Origin: Psammoneis japonica
Taxonomy: Eukaryota
Assembly: GCA_008632985.1 (NCBI GenBank)
Contig: QPGO01000017.1
Span: 310,001 to 374,000, forward strand
Reading direction: 5' to 3'
DNA length: 64,000 bases
Shown here: positions 36,339 to 49,824 of the stretch, piece after piece
Layout: each line of letters begins with the position of its first letter
Position numbering within the stretch: position 1 is the first letter of the stretch
Translations under genes and position numbers: made by a program
The notes under the pieces: generated by a model
What the model saw: only the letters and a program-made list of their open reading frames with translations
The model's database searches: none
Told to the model about the DNA's origin: nothing

Positions 36339-39136
36339 ATGAAGGCAGGCTTATTTGAGAACGGATCCGCTAGAGGAAAAGAAGAGGAGCGGAAGGACCT
36401 GGACGCTCAATCGTCCCATGAAAGTACCATCACGTCTGAGTTGCACAAACGACCTCCAAAGCCTGTCGCTTTTGGATCGTCGACGGCAACTTCTGGAAAT
36501 AGCAACAACAACGACGACGACGGGGATGATCGTGCTAACTCCGAGAGCTCTCGTCAGGGACTTCGTCGTGATGTCGCAAAGCGTCGGCATACTCTCACAC
36601 CACAGGAGCACGGGTTTCTCGAGATGCTGGCTGTTCACGGAGACGAAATTGAAGTTGCTCTAGCGCGAGAGAAGCTCATGGACGAGACAGTCTTTTTTGA
36701 TCATTCCGCAGACGAGACAGTCCTTTTTGATCATTCGCAGAAACGAGTGCGCGGGAGTGATTGAAACGATGATGGCAGATACAGCACTGCAGATGAGAGC
36801 AGCCCATTCGACTATCCGACATGATACCGGAGGATATCGGTCGACACCGACAGCTGAGCGAAGGAGATATTGCGTCTGTTTCGTCGACAAAACGGCTAGA
36901 GCATCTCGAGACACGGAAGAACACACAGCTTTATGAGAAAATGTGGAAAGCGCACGAGAGCGGTATTGCAGTTACAAGTGGTGCCTCCAGAAGAAGCGTG
37001 CTTCGCCGAGAGAAGAGCGCGTCTTCACGTAAGAAGCGAATAGAGCTGGTGCGCAACAGCAGTTTCTTGAGCGCTGCTACCCGAGAGCTATTATTGGAAG
37101 GTGGTCCTAGTGATCGTCCAGGTGAAAGTGACATCTTCCGCTCAAGCGTGAGCACCATAAAGAGTTCCTCAAGTCGGAATCGTAGTGTTAGTATGGGAAC
37201 GATGCCGCAACTCAAGTTACCAGCGAAGCTTTCGAAGATTAGTTTACGGCGTCTTCGATCGGAGGAAGCAAGCCGCAAATCTGTCACTTTCAAGGATGAT
37301 ACGAACATTGGTAGGATCAGTCGCGGTAGTGGACCAGGGAAAGTTCGTCGCATGTCGCAGCCAAACCTTGGGGAAAGTGACGGAACTTTTGTTCCCGCCA
37401 TCCCTCCTCCTGAAGGTGGTGCTGATCGCCGTATATCAGAAGTTACCATGGGCTCATTTGACGATGATTTGACGCAAAAGAAGAAAAGGACAGATCAGAT
37501 TCGGTGGCATCCTTTCCTTCACTGCATCACGCCCATCCCATCAGGTCAGATTCGATATCGTCTATTCCGTCGATCCATCACGCTCACCCAATCAGAGCTG
37601 ATTCGATATCTTCCATTCCATCGCTTCACCATGGGCGCCCAATCAGAGCTGATTCAATTTCGTCCATTCCATCGATTCATCACGGACGCCCAATAAGGTC
37701 AGACTCTGTTGTCTCGAATGTATCATCGGTTACAGGCGGACGTTTCGGAGCAAGCTCCAACTACTCTTGGGTTTCATCTCCACCCTCATCCGTGGCCAAC
37801 GAATGGCTGAACCAAGAGACAGAAACAGAAAAATCTAACGATGCTGCTTGGACTGCTCCCTCTCCGCAAAAAGTGGATGGTCCCGCCAGAGACCAGCTAC
37901 TGCGGCACCCGAATCAGTCACCACAACCAAAACCCGTCCTATTACGGAGGGCGTCAGTCAACGAATACGAAGGCGAAGGAATCGAAGCCAGTGATTGGCA
38001 AGACCAAGATTCGTCTTTTATAATCGATTCACTCGAAAATGCCCGCAACTACCGTAGCATGGTAAGCATGGGAAGCGTCTACGCAGCTTCGTCCTTTGAC
38101 GAGACAAAGAGTGCAAATCGAAGTCAGATCTTTCGCGGCATTGGCAGAACTATTTCAGATGATGATTTGTCATTCTTCTTCTTGGGGGGCACTAGTAAGT
38201 TTGGGAGCCCCTTCGCCTAAAAGCGTCCTTCTTTTGATTTCTCGCTCTAACTCGATTCGCTTCTCTCGTAATATTCTATAATACTGATCACTGAACAGCA
38301 TCCCCAACCCAGACAGGAAGCTCAGTCAACGAGTTTCAGAGCGGCGACGACGACGAAGAAGCCTCTTGGGATATGGATAAGGAAGTTAGTCACTATGATG
38401 CTTGGAACATTCTAAAGGACAAAGATACTGTCGTACATGACGTGAATGTTCTCCCGTTTCGAATTCTAGGGACATCCGCTGATGACGCTTCCTCTCATCC
38501 GCATGTGCTTTCCCCTCCGATTCTCGAATCTCTTCAGAACTTTCTCCCTTATGAGGTATCAGAATCAAACTTCTGGATGAAGTTCAGTTTGATTCGTGAC
38601 GGAGCCTCGCTTCACACCTTGCTACAAAACGTTCGTGGATCAAAACACACAATTTTGGCGCTGGAGACTGCAGACGGAGAAGTTTTTGGTGCCTTTACTT
38701 CCACAACGTGGCGCAAGAACTGGGGATACTTTGGAACTGGAGAATCGTTTCTTTGGAGGATGCGGCAGTCGCGTAGGACACCTTGTCGCTCTATTATCGA
38801 CCAAGCTCACCTCGAGAGTGAACTCGATGTCTACCCGTGGACGGGGGAGAATGATAGCGTTCAGCTTTGCACGCACAACAAGATTGCGTTTGGAAGTGGG
38901 TCGTCAACTGACGAAGTCGACAATGACTTTGGGTTTGGACTTGCCATTGACGCCGATCTTTTACACGGAACAACTTCACCGTGCGCCACATTCGGAAGTC
39001 CGTCGCTATCAAAAATTTGCGACAACGGAGACAGATTCGAAATTATGAACATTGAAATGTGGACTTGACGCCCTGCCAGTCCGTTGCCGAAGCCGAGAAG
39101 CTGGAGCTAGGAAAGCTATTTTTGGAGACAAGCTGA
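36339..39136 (+). CDS. TLDc-domain (OXR1/NCOA7-like) protein with a long low-complexity N-terminus; intron near 38194-38290; several frameshifts
   Basis: FWMKFSLIRDGASLHTLLQNV...GEVFGAFTSTTW...YFGTGESFLW...FGLAIDADLLHGTTSPCATFGSPSL...FEIMNIEMWT. Confidence 0.85.
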
Positions 39137-39269
39137 GGATAGTGCAATTTTCCCTCTCAAGACGTGCCTGTTGTAATTTATTATGATATCTAAACGGTTT
39201 AGTGAAAGTATTTTATAACGACATATAGTGCAATAGAGAACCTTCACAATATCGGATGATGAAAGCAAA

Positions 39270-41205
39270 CTAAAGCTCAGGTTCGATGTATTCACCACCC
39301 ACACTTTCCAGAAACTTGGTAACGACGTGGTCACGCCCAAGCATATTATGTGCGAGATAAAGAGCGGTTCCGCCTTCGCCCATGTGAGTTCGTTTGTTTA
39401 CTTCTGCACCATTCTCAAACAGATACTTGACGGCATCTTCGTGACCTGCTCGGACGGCCTCGTGGAAAGGAGTCCATCCGTTTTCGTCCACAGCGTTTAC
39501 AATGTGCTTGCCCTTCGATTCGACCGCCGACATGAGTCCATCCATATCTCCATGCTGCGCATACGAGTGAGCTTCAGTCGAGCCAGTTGTGAAACTACCA
39601 ATCGACCTCTTACTAGCTCTGTAGCCATGCGGGTGAGACTTGCGCCAATTGCGCTCTTCAGGAGTGCCCGGAACAATGTAAGGGGGCAGATCACCCGCAT
39701 CAACTTCATGCCCCCCGGCACGACGAGCCACAGTCTTCTTGTACTGTGTGTTCACGTCTTTCTTCTCGTCCATTTTGGCATTGTGACGCAGACTGTGTCC
39801 TTTTGGTTCAAAATGAACGAATATGTTGGCAAAATAGCGCCCCTTGAGTGGGTATGGTCGCCCTGAATACAAGTAAAATGAATCAATGAGTCAGTTAAAC
39901 AAAAACTGTGGGGGAAAAAGCATGGCGACAATTAATGCGCGATTTTTTCCTACCATGGAGGATGGCATGAGATTCGTATAGCACCATATCACCTTGTTAA
40001 CAAACGAGAAGTGGGGTGAGAAGCACTGTGAGAAGAAAGGCGCTGTCGGAATCCATTGGATCATATTACCTGGCTCCATTGTAACATTGTGCGCTTTGCC
40101 GTCGTGTCCAATCACCTCGAGGGGCCATGGCTCGTCGACATCCTGAAGTGGAGAAGCGTAACGAAACGGTTGAGCCGGAAAGACACTACCATATTTAGGG
40201 TGACGACAAAGCAACGCACCTGATCCACATTGATGATAGCTGAGCTAACAAGTGGGAGACGATCAACATGTGTCGAAAGAACAGCGCCTTCATTGTAAAC
40301 CCGGATCCCGTAGAGACTGCATTCAGTGAGTTCCTGTCCTGTCCATTCTTCAATTGTGTCACGAGCCGCATCCCAAATATGTTTCTTCAAATCAGAACCT
40401 CCTCCACGCAAGGACGTATCTTCCACGCTGACCATTTCTGAACAGATTTCAAGAATGAAGCAACAAAAGTGAGCGTGAAAAAGAAAACAGAATCTGTTTC
40501 TCATACAAAACTATCGATCGCACCTGTTGGACTTGCCCAGTGATTCGTATACCTGGAAGAAAAAGACAATGATTAGAACATCCATCCATGAGCAATCGCA
40601 ACACTCTATATAACAAGAAACAAATTACGTACGTGTTTCCCGCAGGCCAGCGTTCTTCTTTCCTTTTCTTTTTGTTCTTATCCCAGAACTTCTTGACATA
40701 GTCAAACACTTCCTTTGGAGCTTTTATTTTCTTAAATCCGACGTCCGTGTAGTTTGTCCTACGGTACACACAGGAGCGATGATAAACATGAGCAAGAAGG
40801 TCTCAACTTCTTGCAACAACATAAACGAACAACACTCTAGACTTGGGACCTCAGTTTCACTCACATACTCTGCGGCTGTCGAAGAGACATCGCTACGCGT
40901 TCCTCCTCGTTTGTTTCGCATCTGCGCCCGCCGTACCGGTCTCGACATCCCTGCATCATGTCGTCGTAGAATTTTTGTCGATCGCCGAGCGGCTGAATGG
41001 GCATGTCTTTGTAACGATCTGGAGTTGGAATAGATGGGTCGACATTGTGCGGAAGCCACGGGAAATTATCGCTTACTTTTGCATAGTGCATGGGGAAGCT
41101 AATGTCTGTGCCGTAAGAGACATCAGGTTCCTCCGCATTTGCAGTGATGGCGTTATGGCAAACTAAAGTGATACTTATCACAGCAGCAAATAAAACCTTC
41201 TTCAT
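39270..41205 (-). CDS. Secreted/ER 2OG-Fe(II) oxygenase-like protein with C-terminal ankyrin repeats, multi-exon
   Basis: Signal MKKVLFAAVISITLVCHNAITANA; SLYGIRVY...LSTHVDRLPLVSSAIINVDQ; GDMVLYESHAILHG|RPYPLKGRYFANIFVHF; ankyrin DENGWTPFHEAVRAGHEDAVKYL; ends EPEL. Confidence 0.8.
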
Positions 41206-41346
41206 GGCTGATCTTGTTAGAGACAAGTGCGGCCGGTATGATGTCATTGTGATGACCGCGGTTGTGGGGAGTGCTCAAAGATGAAAATCGATCGTGCGCC
41301 TCTTTTGTCTTTTGTCATTTTGTCATATTGCCCTATCTAATTTTAA

Positions 41347-41720
41347 TACTACGAATTGCTGAACAATTGCGCGATACACGTGCCCGAACGGTGATTGTTG
41401 CTTCGGGCACGAAATTCGAGCTTCGCGCACGTAGAGACCGTAGAATATGTACCAGCATTCGAGAATGTCCGATTTGTGTAGATCACGTAGCACCGTACCA
41501 CAGAGGTCATTTCATGAAATTCCCGCGACGACTCATACGACTCTAATGGTTTTTTCAATACCATATACTATGTAGAATGGACATCTGCGCGAAGGAAGAA
41601 TGTTGCTTCGGGCAACGATATTCGACCTTCGGGCACGTGTATCGCGCAATTGTTTTGCAATTTGTAGTATTCGAGCTTCGGGCACGTGTATCGCGCAATT
41701 GTTCAGCGCAATTCGTAGTA
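41347..41720. mobile_element. MITE-like element with ~42-bp terminal inverted repeats bounded by TA
   Basis: Left end tactacgaattgctgaacaattgcgcgatacacgtgcccgaa (41347-41388). Its reverse complement, with a 2-nt insert, is at 41677-41720, with a second diverged copy at 41628-41670. No coding capacity. Confidence 0.65.
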
Positions 41721-42089
41721 GACTAAGTATGACTGTTTTTCCTCATTATTTTTAAAAAGATGTTATTATCAAAACCCTACGTACATATAAGACTTTTATA
41801 TAGTCAACGCATCTATCTATATCAGACACTGAAGGGCTGTACAGTACCAAGTTGTCGCCATCATTCTCGGCAAACTCATGAAGTTGACAGTTGTTGGCAG
41901 TTGACAGTACTAAGTGAAGCTTGTTATTTTGATCGTCCTGATTGCTTTCATATTAATAGGATACTTGGCAGGCTTTGCGATGGCTTCGCGATGATAACAC
42001 TGTCATTGATCCATGGTGAGTCAAGCTTTTCTCATGTTGTTTCCCAAGATTGACTTCATTTTTCTTGCTCGATGTCGCACTTTGAACTT

Positions 42090-45000
42090 GCTGCCGGGTG
42101 TCTTGGATTCAATGCCGACACATCGGAGCCATGGCCTTGCTGTACCTTCCAGTTGAAACATTTGGTGACACTCCCCTGAAATGGGATGGCACGACTCCAA
42201 ACAACGCGCAACTATTCTTCCTTTACGAGAAACTGTTGAGAAATTTCAACCCGTTGAGTCTCTCCGTCACGGTCGAAAACTTCTGACATTTTGTAGGATC
42301 TTTCTGGTTAATCTTTTCCGCGATAAGTATCACACGAAGATCGACACTCGAGCTGTTGTGCCAAGTCAAAAGTGACAAATCTCGGACAAGTGCATAACAT
42401 TTTTGCAACAAGACGGGAACGTAGAGACAGGATGTGATGCGCTCTAAGCGTTGTTCAGTGGATAGAATGATTTTTGGGGCTCCAGTCGAGAAGTTCTTGC
42501 CTCAAGGGACACAAGAAGAGGAGGAGGAGGAAGAGCACACCCCTTTCCATCCATCACGTCAGCTTTTGGTAGGCTGGATCGATGCTGATAAGTCGACAGA
42601 AAGCCATAACCTATCGATGGCATGTGTTTCTCTGGAAGGGTGCAGATTGCTTTATGTTGGATCCACATATTTTGCCTGGAAGCTTCGACTGCGGTATCTT
42701 CATGACGGGTGATGAAACCCCCGCTGACCGCTCCAAATTGATCTAGATCGGCCTTCCAACAGTCAACGAAGACAGGTCTTTCCATGTTATCGACTAGTCT
42801 TCTGATGCGGATGTTTGGCTCATGTCGATCATCCTGGGGATAAATTCTCATTTAGGAGATATTGCGCGTGAGGGTCTACGGACGCTTGTACTTCGGATTA
42901 GAATTCATCCTCAGAATAATCGTGACGAAGAGCTCATGGCTGCTGCTCTTGAAATTGAGCGAGATCTCCTTATTGTACCGACACACGTAGGCGCAACGAC
43001 TATTGAAGACAAGCTACAATGTGGAGTAAGGGATCAAGTTATGGGTTCTTATTGGTGATAAGGGCGGAACTGCCAATGAGATTGGTAACTCGACTCATGC
43101 ACCCATTGAAAAGATGCACATCGCAGAAGTTGCTGATGGACCGGCAGATCAAGACTTAAATGGCGATGGAGTTCATTCGGGACGGCTCAAAGAATACCTA
43201 AAAGTCTGCAAAGCAACAAAACCAGTCCCTCTGCTCCTGTGCCGACCGACTGTTTGTTCTCGCCTGTGGCGGCTACCGGTATGAGTGAAACGTGCTACAC
43301 GGAAGATTTGCACGTTGTTCTGCTCTAGCTTCTTGGGAAGAGACAGTTCAGCAGCTAGACTCGAAATAATAAGGAGAAGCTTGAGGATACGGAAGATGTG
43401 AATCCAATTCTTCACCGAAAAGCTGTTCGGGAACTCCCTGACAAGATTATTCAGGATTATTTGAATTCTCCCGGATGGCACGTCGCTCTAGGTCCTAGTA
43501 ATCTGATGATGAACAGGATGTGGATGAGCTTTCCCTTGCCTCTGATGACCTGCCCGGCGTGTTTAGTCGTGCCTCTTTGGCGAGAGCAAATGCTGGACTT
43601 GCAGCGGACACACGGCCGACTAAGTGGCACTGATAAGCGAACCTTGTAACTTGCTAGTGTAATCAGTCAAGAATTGGGAAGCGGGGAAATTAGTCTGGTC
43701 GATGAGGACGTCCTTTCTCTGCAGAGCTTCTCTGTCGGAGAAAGCTGACGAAACTAGTGACTTTGACAGGAAAAGACGGACTTTACTGGAACGCATGTTT
43801 GCGGTCGACAGCGATGTGCGACACGGCAGGCTTGTCAAGCTCGTCAAGAGGGCAATGCTAATAGCGATACGGGAAGAAAAAGAATCCGGTGGCCACTCTA
43901 CGGAGGCGGAGAAAGTGCGAAATCAGAGGGGATGGGTCGTGCCGATTCTATCAGAACAAGAACTCTTATGATTGAAGGAGCCGCATTATTGCATTTGTTC
44001 GGGGATCCTCTATTGGAGGAGATACTCTTTTGTGCTGCAAGCAGCTGCAACGTCGAAATTGCCTGTCGTGTGAGTCCGAATCAGAAGGCGCTAGTGCGAC
44101 ATAATGTTTCGCCCAAGCCAATTGCCTTGGCCATTGGCGATGTAGCCAACGATGTCGGTATGATCCGAGAAGCCAACATGTGCGTGGGAGTGTCTGGTCT
44201 CGAGGGCAAGGAGGCTGTGAATGCGTCTGGTTTTGCGATTACCCAGTTCCGGTATGTCATGGAGCTACTCCTTATCCATGGGTGATGGAACTTTTTCCGG
44301 ATGGGCGCAGTCGTTCTTGTCGTTCTTTTCTCTTTCTATAAAAATGCTTTGAGTTCTCGGACTCTTTTCAGTGGCACCCCGCTGTTCGACGAGCGGGTTA
44401 TCGCTACTCTGAACTTTGTTGCAGGAACTCTGATTCTCAATCTGAGAATATCTGATGGATACTTAGAGAAAGATTTCGTCAGGAAGCATCCTGAGGCATA
44501 CGCTGCTGGACGCAACAACGGGCGCACGATATACCGTTGGTTGCTACTTATTCTGATTCATATTATTTGTACTCTCTACTTTCTGAGCATGCTACCTCAA
44601 AGCGGCGGTGGTGGAAAAATGAAGTCTGCGTTTGAAGGTCTGATATCGAACGAGGACAAGGACATTCCTGGAAATGGGGAGGCCGGCGATATGAAGAACG
44701 TTGGCTTTGTTGTGTTTATGAATCTTATCATTCTCCTTGTTTACAAGGTACATACGCTAATCCCGGACTATGTTGTTTGTGCCTATTTTCGATCTCATTG
44801 TGTTTGCTTAATTCTTTCTATTTTGTTGCGCAGGTTTTGTACGAGTCCAGGTCACTCTTCACGGGCGGTTTCACGCGTGGTGGTGCAAGAATAAGAACGA
44901 GGGTTCATTCGATAGACTGGTATATACAAGTATTGGTGTTACGTGGCTATCACTGTTCTTCATCTCTTCTTCCTCTACATCTACTCGGTACGCTATTATC

Positions 45001-45342
45001 TTCCTTAGCGTTTCGCGACGTTGCTCTGCGATCAATCCCATAGTTAGATTCGCCTAACTTCTCTGCACAGACAGCTGCTTGGAAGGACTTTAACACATGT
45101 GGCGTTTTCCTCATTCGTCGACGGACAACAATGACGTGGATGCTTATCTCTTTGTTTCTGTGGCCGGGATCGCTTTCGATGTGACAGGAAAGTTCTTCTC
45201 AAATACATTTCACCCTACACTAACTCAGATTCGCCTCGAAATTGCAAGCAAGGAAAGGACAGCGGCCAAGAAGCAAGGCCGGGCTCATCCGGAACATGTC
45301 CCTGCTGCTGTGGCTGCTACCAATGACCCTGAGGACGTTTGA
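42090..45342 (+). pseudogene. P4-type ATPase (phospholipid flippase) pseudogene, N-terminally truncated
   Basis: NPLSLSVTVE; NKTGT* in place of DKTGT; AREGLRTLV; GATTIEDKLQCGV; ACRVSPNQKA; LAIGDVANDVGMI...VGVSGLEGKEAVNASGFAITQFRY; FSFYKN. In-frame stops, large deletions and mutated catalytic residues. Confidence 0.85.
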
Positions 45343-46206
45343 GGGATCTCATGTTTCAAGAGGAATGGTGTACAACTTTTTGCACATTGCGTAAATCTCT
45401 CGCCTCGTCATAAATTCGCTAGAGGTCAAGCTACTAGGACTACTCTCTTCTGTAAACAAATATTCTACAGCAGTCATTATCCTGTTAACTCTATATTCCA
45501 ATCACTCGCTTGAACCGGGATTCCATCCATGCAAAGGCGAACTTGTTGAGTACTTGTAATTGGACCAGACAATGCGCTCCGCGGGTGCTAATCCAGTGCC
45601 GCGGTCCCCACTCGCCGCAAAACCAACTAATGCGCTTTAGATGTAACCGGTAACGAATGGAGCAAACAAGTCTATCGTAGCGCAGAAATGTGAGACTGCT
45701 TAAACGCCGCCGGGATTTGGAAGATACGCAGTAAAGGCCGTCAGTGTGACGAACTTTGAACTTTTGATATAACCTAGCAGGTTTTACAATACTGTAATGC
45801 GACAATCCTATCAAAATGACTCTACTGTATTGGCGACGATATTGCAATTATGAAGTTTTGCTACTTGTGCCGGAGGCATGGTGCTAAATTTCGTTCTCCT
45901 ACCGTAGTAGAGTGCACCGCGCGGTAGCCGGAGAAGTCTCCGAATTGCTCGGAATCGGTATTGGCGAAAATGGAGCAAAACCAATCAGCTATGGCATTTT
46001 GAATTTTGAAATTCGATCGTGAGCTTTTCCACGAAGATTCAACAAAGTTTCACCCGCGTTTTTGCCGCTACGTAGTTCTACGTAGAACCATACTGAGCGC
46101 CGTTGCCACGACGATCGGCAACAAACCACACGACGCTCTTACTTTTCCAACGTTCAACGTGGAGACGCTTACAACACAGACCATTCGTCTTGTTATCACA
46201 GTAACC

Positions 46207-48215
46207 ATGGACCTCTTCCTATTCATTTTCATCACTCTCTTTGCCACCGCCATCGTTATTAATGTTGTGGCTTTGATCTGCAAGCGTGCCGTCAACGCCA
46301 TGTTTGCCGTCTTGGTCGCGTTGAAGCGAAACTCGATGCTTTCCAAAGTCGCCAAAGTGGGCACGATTCAAGCCCGTCCATTCCAAGAGACCTTATTGCT
46401 GAATACGATTGACGACGACAAGCACACGCGCTTCTTTTCTCCCGAGGCATGGCTCGAAGAACACATCAAGAAACTCTGCAGCCTTGCCGCCAAAACCCGT
46501 AAAGACCATATCGCCAAGCTTCCAACGCTCGTGAACGAGTCATTCGCTCGAGGCCTCAAGAACTTCCACATCAAGGCCAAGAAGTTTGTCAAGTTGGATG
46601 CGCATATCAACAATGCTGTCATCACCAGAGCTGCGAGCTGTGCACCGACTGGGTTGCTCCCGGTTGTCGATGGCGTGGAGTTTGCAATCACGTTGACGAA
46701 AAACAAACACGTCCAAAAGATTCAGTCAGCCATTGTCAATGCCATAAAAGGCCTCTTCACGAAATGCAGCAACATCAAAGTGAGCGTCCTGTTTGAGCAC
46801 CGCGACAAACTTTGCTCTCTCTCGGTGGTGGTCGTGTTGAGATTGGCTCTCCAACGCAAGAATTCCTGGGCGCCAAGCAACTTGTCACGATACCTTCATG
46901 CTGTATCTGAGACGGGGCCTCAAGTTGTTGATCGCGCGCCATTGATTTCTCCTTCGACCGCATCCGCCGCTCAAGCCGTCGAAGAAACAAGCGCAACTCC
47001 TTCAAACATTGCAACTCCTTCGGATGAACCTGTGGCAGCTCCGCCAGAAACTGTAATCTCCTTGGGTGCACCTGCTGCGGCTCCGACGGAAAATGTTAGC
47101 CGTGTGACACCGACTCCTTCGTCTCATTTGTCGGATGCACCCAGTGTGGCTTCAGAAGAAGAAATTGATCAATCCGGTGATGAACCCAGCGCCGTTCCGT
47201 CAGAACCCGCGAATCCTTCAGACGAACCTGTGGATGCTCCGTCAGAAGCTGTTGATCATTTGTCATTGGCCCCTCTGCCACTGTTGTCGTCGGGGCCAAC
47301 TGGGCTAACACGAAAGCACTCGAAGAAAACAAAAGTGACCAAGAACGGTTGCAGAGTCAATCCAAAGACAGCCAATTCTTCCACGTTGCTAGCCCGGATC
47401 CGTGAGAACAAGGAGAAACAAGCAGCGAAGCGTCGATCCGAGTCGCGCGAAAGGAAAAGGAGCTAGACGGAAAGCAGTTGGGGCAGTCCCTTCGAAGACG
47501 CTGACTGTGATGCCAGAAGAACCGCGTGCTCCCGTCCCATTGAGGCCTCGTTCGACTCCGTGCACTGCTCTAGCTGGCGACGATCCAGGCAACGTTACAT
47601 TTGAAATGACGACTCCCTCGGATGCCCGATTGGTTGCGTCAGAAGTCATTGATGATCGAATTCCGTCCATGCCGTCGTTGACCGTGTCCGCAGATCTAGA
47701 CGGCGATGAGACAAGCGACGGTCCGTCAGAAACTGCAATCTCGTGGGAACACCTGCTGTGGCTCCGACAGAAAATGCAAGTCATGTGACACAGACTCCTT
47801 CGTCCGTTCCGTGGATGCACCCAGTGTGATTCCACAAGAAGAAATTAGTGCTGTCCCATCGACACCTCCTTCGACAGCACCCGCAGCTCGAGCTAGAACG
47901 CGCACCGTCAAGCGACGGACGGTTTTGAAAAAGGAGCTGCACCGTGAACAACGACGAGCTTTCAAATCCATCAAAAGATACCATCAAGCCGGATTGTTTG
48001 CCTCGCCAAAGAACATTCGCGGGGGATTCATTGATATGAGCAGGATGAAACCAAATATGAAATTTCGTCCTTCCAAGCTTTACTTGGAATCTGTTCATAC
48101 ATCTCACAAAACCAAACGATTCCAAGTCGTCCAACGAAGGAGAGAAAGAAAATGCGGGCGTCTTGTCAAGATCCACACATGTCTCCTAAGTCCAAGGCGT
48201 TCAAAAGCAACTTGA
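46207..48215 (+). CDS. Orphan protein: N-terminal hydrophobic segment, Pro/Ser/Ala-rich middle with internal duplication, basic C-terminus (frameshifted)
   Basis: Long ORF 46207-47466 continuing in shifted frames to 48215; 47040-47166 is repeated at 47723-47847. No family recognised. Confidence 0.5.
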
Positions 48216-48417
48216 CACTTTCGAGAAGAAACGCCAAAAGAGATTTGACACCCGCAAAACCCAACAAGATACCAAGCGCAGAATGAAAGTTGAATCCAAG
48301 CGACAACGCCAAGCCTGAGTGAAATCTTTCGATCTGAAAACACCACGTTGCTCCAAGCACCTGTGCTTGTATGGCAATACATCATATCCACGCACACACA
48401 ACACACACCACACACCA

Positions 48418-49540
48418 TGTCAGCAGCCCGAAGTAGAAAAAGAAACAAAGTCGTATTTAGAAGGATGTATGTTATAAGATATACGCAACAACACACTGAA
48501 AGCAGTTTTTTCATCACTAGACTTACCATTTTTGCTAACCTTTACTATGCTGTATGCAGTATATTCGAAAAGGAATCATACCGTACGAGGTTGACGACAA
48601 TGTATCGTCCTATGTGTATGCCGTGTTCTCTTCATGGCCATCGACCGCGCCACAACCTACCGGTAGGAACAGGGGGTATCCATCACACATTTCTCTTTTG
48701 CCCAATGGGAGAATGGCTTCTCAGTGGCTCCGTTACATTAAGCCGCCACAATGAGGCCAGATCGATTGACACATGCCGCACAAAGCACCACAATCATGCC
48801 GTCTGTCGTTTCTTGCACGCTGTCAGCTCTGAATGAATTGACACTTCCTCCAATGTCGTTTAAACAACATGGGATGCACAAAGTCGTCCCTCGCAATTGT
48901 TTCCTTGTAGACAATGCCAGCTTCTTGGTGTGATTCGGGTGCCAATCGCGATGCAAAGCGTTTCTCCTTGCCATTGGTCTTCTCCACATCATCACCATTG
49001 TCAGGATATCGCGAAAACAAAAAACAGATCCGCCTGGAACCGACAAGTGCGGCAGAACGCAACTTGTCATACCACGAGCTAAAATAATGGAAAGCCACCT
49101 TGTCGTGCATCACGCTTTTTTTTTTTTGAGGCCTCAACAGTGGCTCGAGCGTCTTGGGCAACCAGTGCAATTCGAGCTCTCGCAAACTGTCGATCTGAGC
49201 TCTCCCTTGATTCCTCATACGACGTTACGACAATCGCAATAAGCAAACAGGCTGTTGTTGTACGCCGCCAACGTTCTGCTCGTGATTTTCAGAAAGCCCA
49301 TTACTTTTCCCGTATGATACCGATTACGAGGCTTGAAAGGCAAAATAGGATGGCTGTGGGTTTGGGTTCGAGCCAAAGCCTTCCAGAAACTCCCAACTGG
49401 TTGTAACCATGACGGTGGACGATCCCGCCATCACTCCCGGCACTGCACTAAACGCTTTTGGGATGCAACAGCCATGACAACTGCAACTTTTTGGTCGAGA
49501 TGCAGAAGAAAAAATCATGCAATATCTCGGATTAGCATTG
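48418..49540 (+). pseudogene. Possible degenerate unknown gene
   Basis: Intron-like gtatgt...atgcag (48467-48559) and a protein-like frame with in-frame stops (FPYDTDYEA*KAK*DGCGFGFEP...QP*QLQLFGRDAEEKIMQYLG). Confidence 0.25.
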
Positions 49541-49824
49541 CTTTTGCAAAGTCTTGGGCGCCATCGTCACTGCGTCAGTTGGGCCGCACCCCGCACCGCC
49601 GAGCACCGAGCGAAGAATCATCTGTCAAGCTTCAATGGACAGATGGACGAACCTCAAAAGGCGAAAAGCGAAAACGGCACTCCGTTGACATTTCGTTGCT
49701 TTGGCTTACAGTATTGTTGCTTTGCTTTGTGGGTATCGAGAGTTGAGAGTCTCTTGAAAGTGTGGTCTGATATGAGCAGTGAGGTAGCCTATTTTGAGTT
49801 ATTGTTGCTCACTTGATTTTCAAA

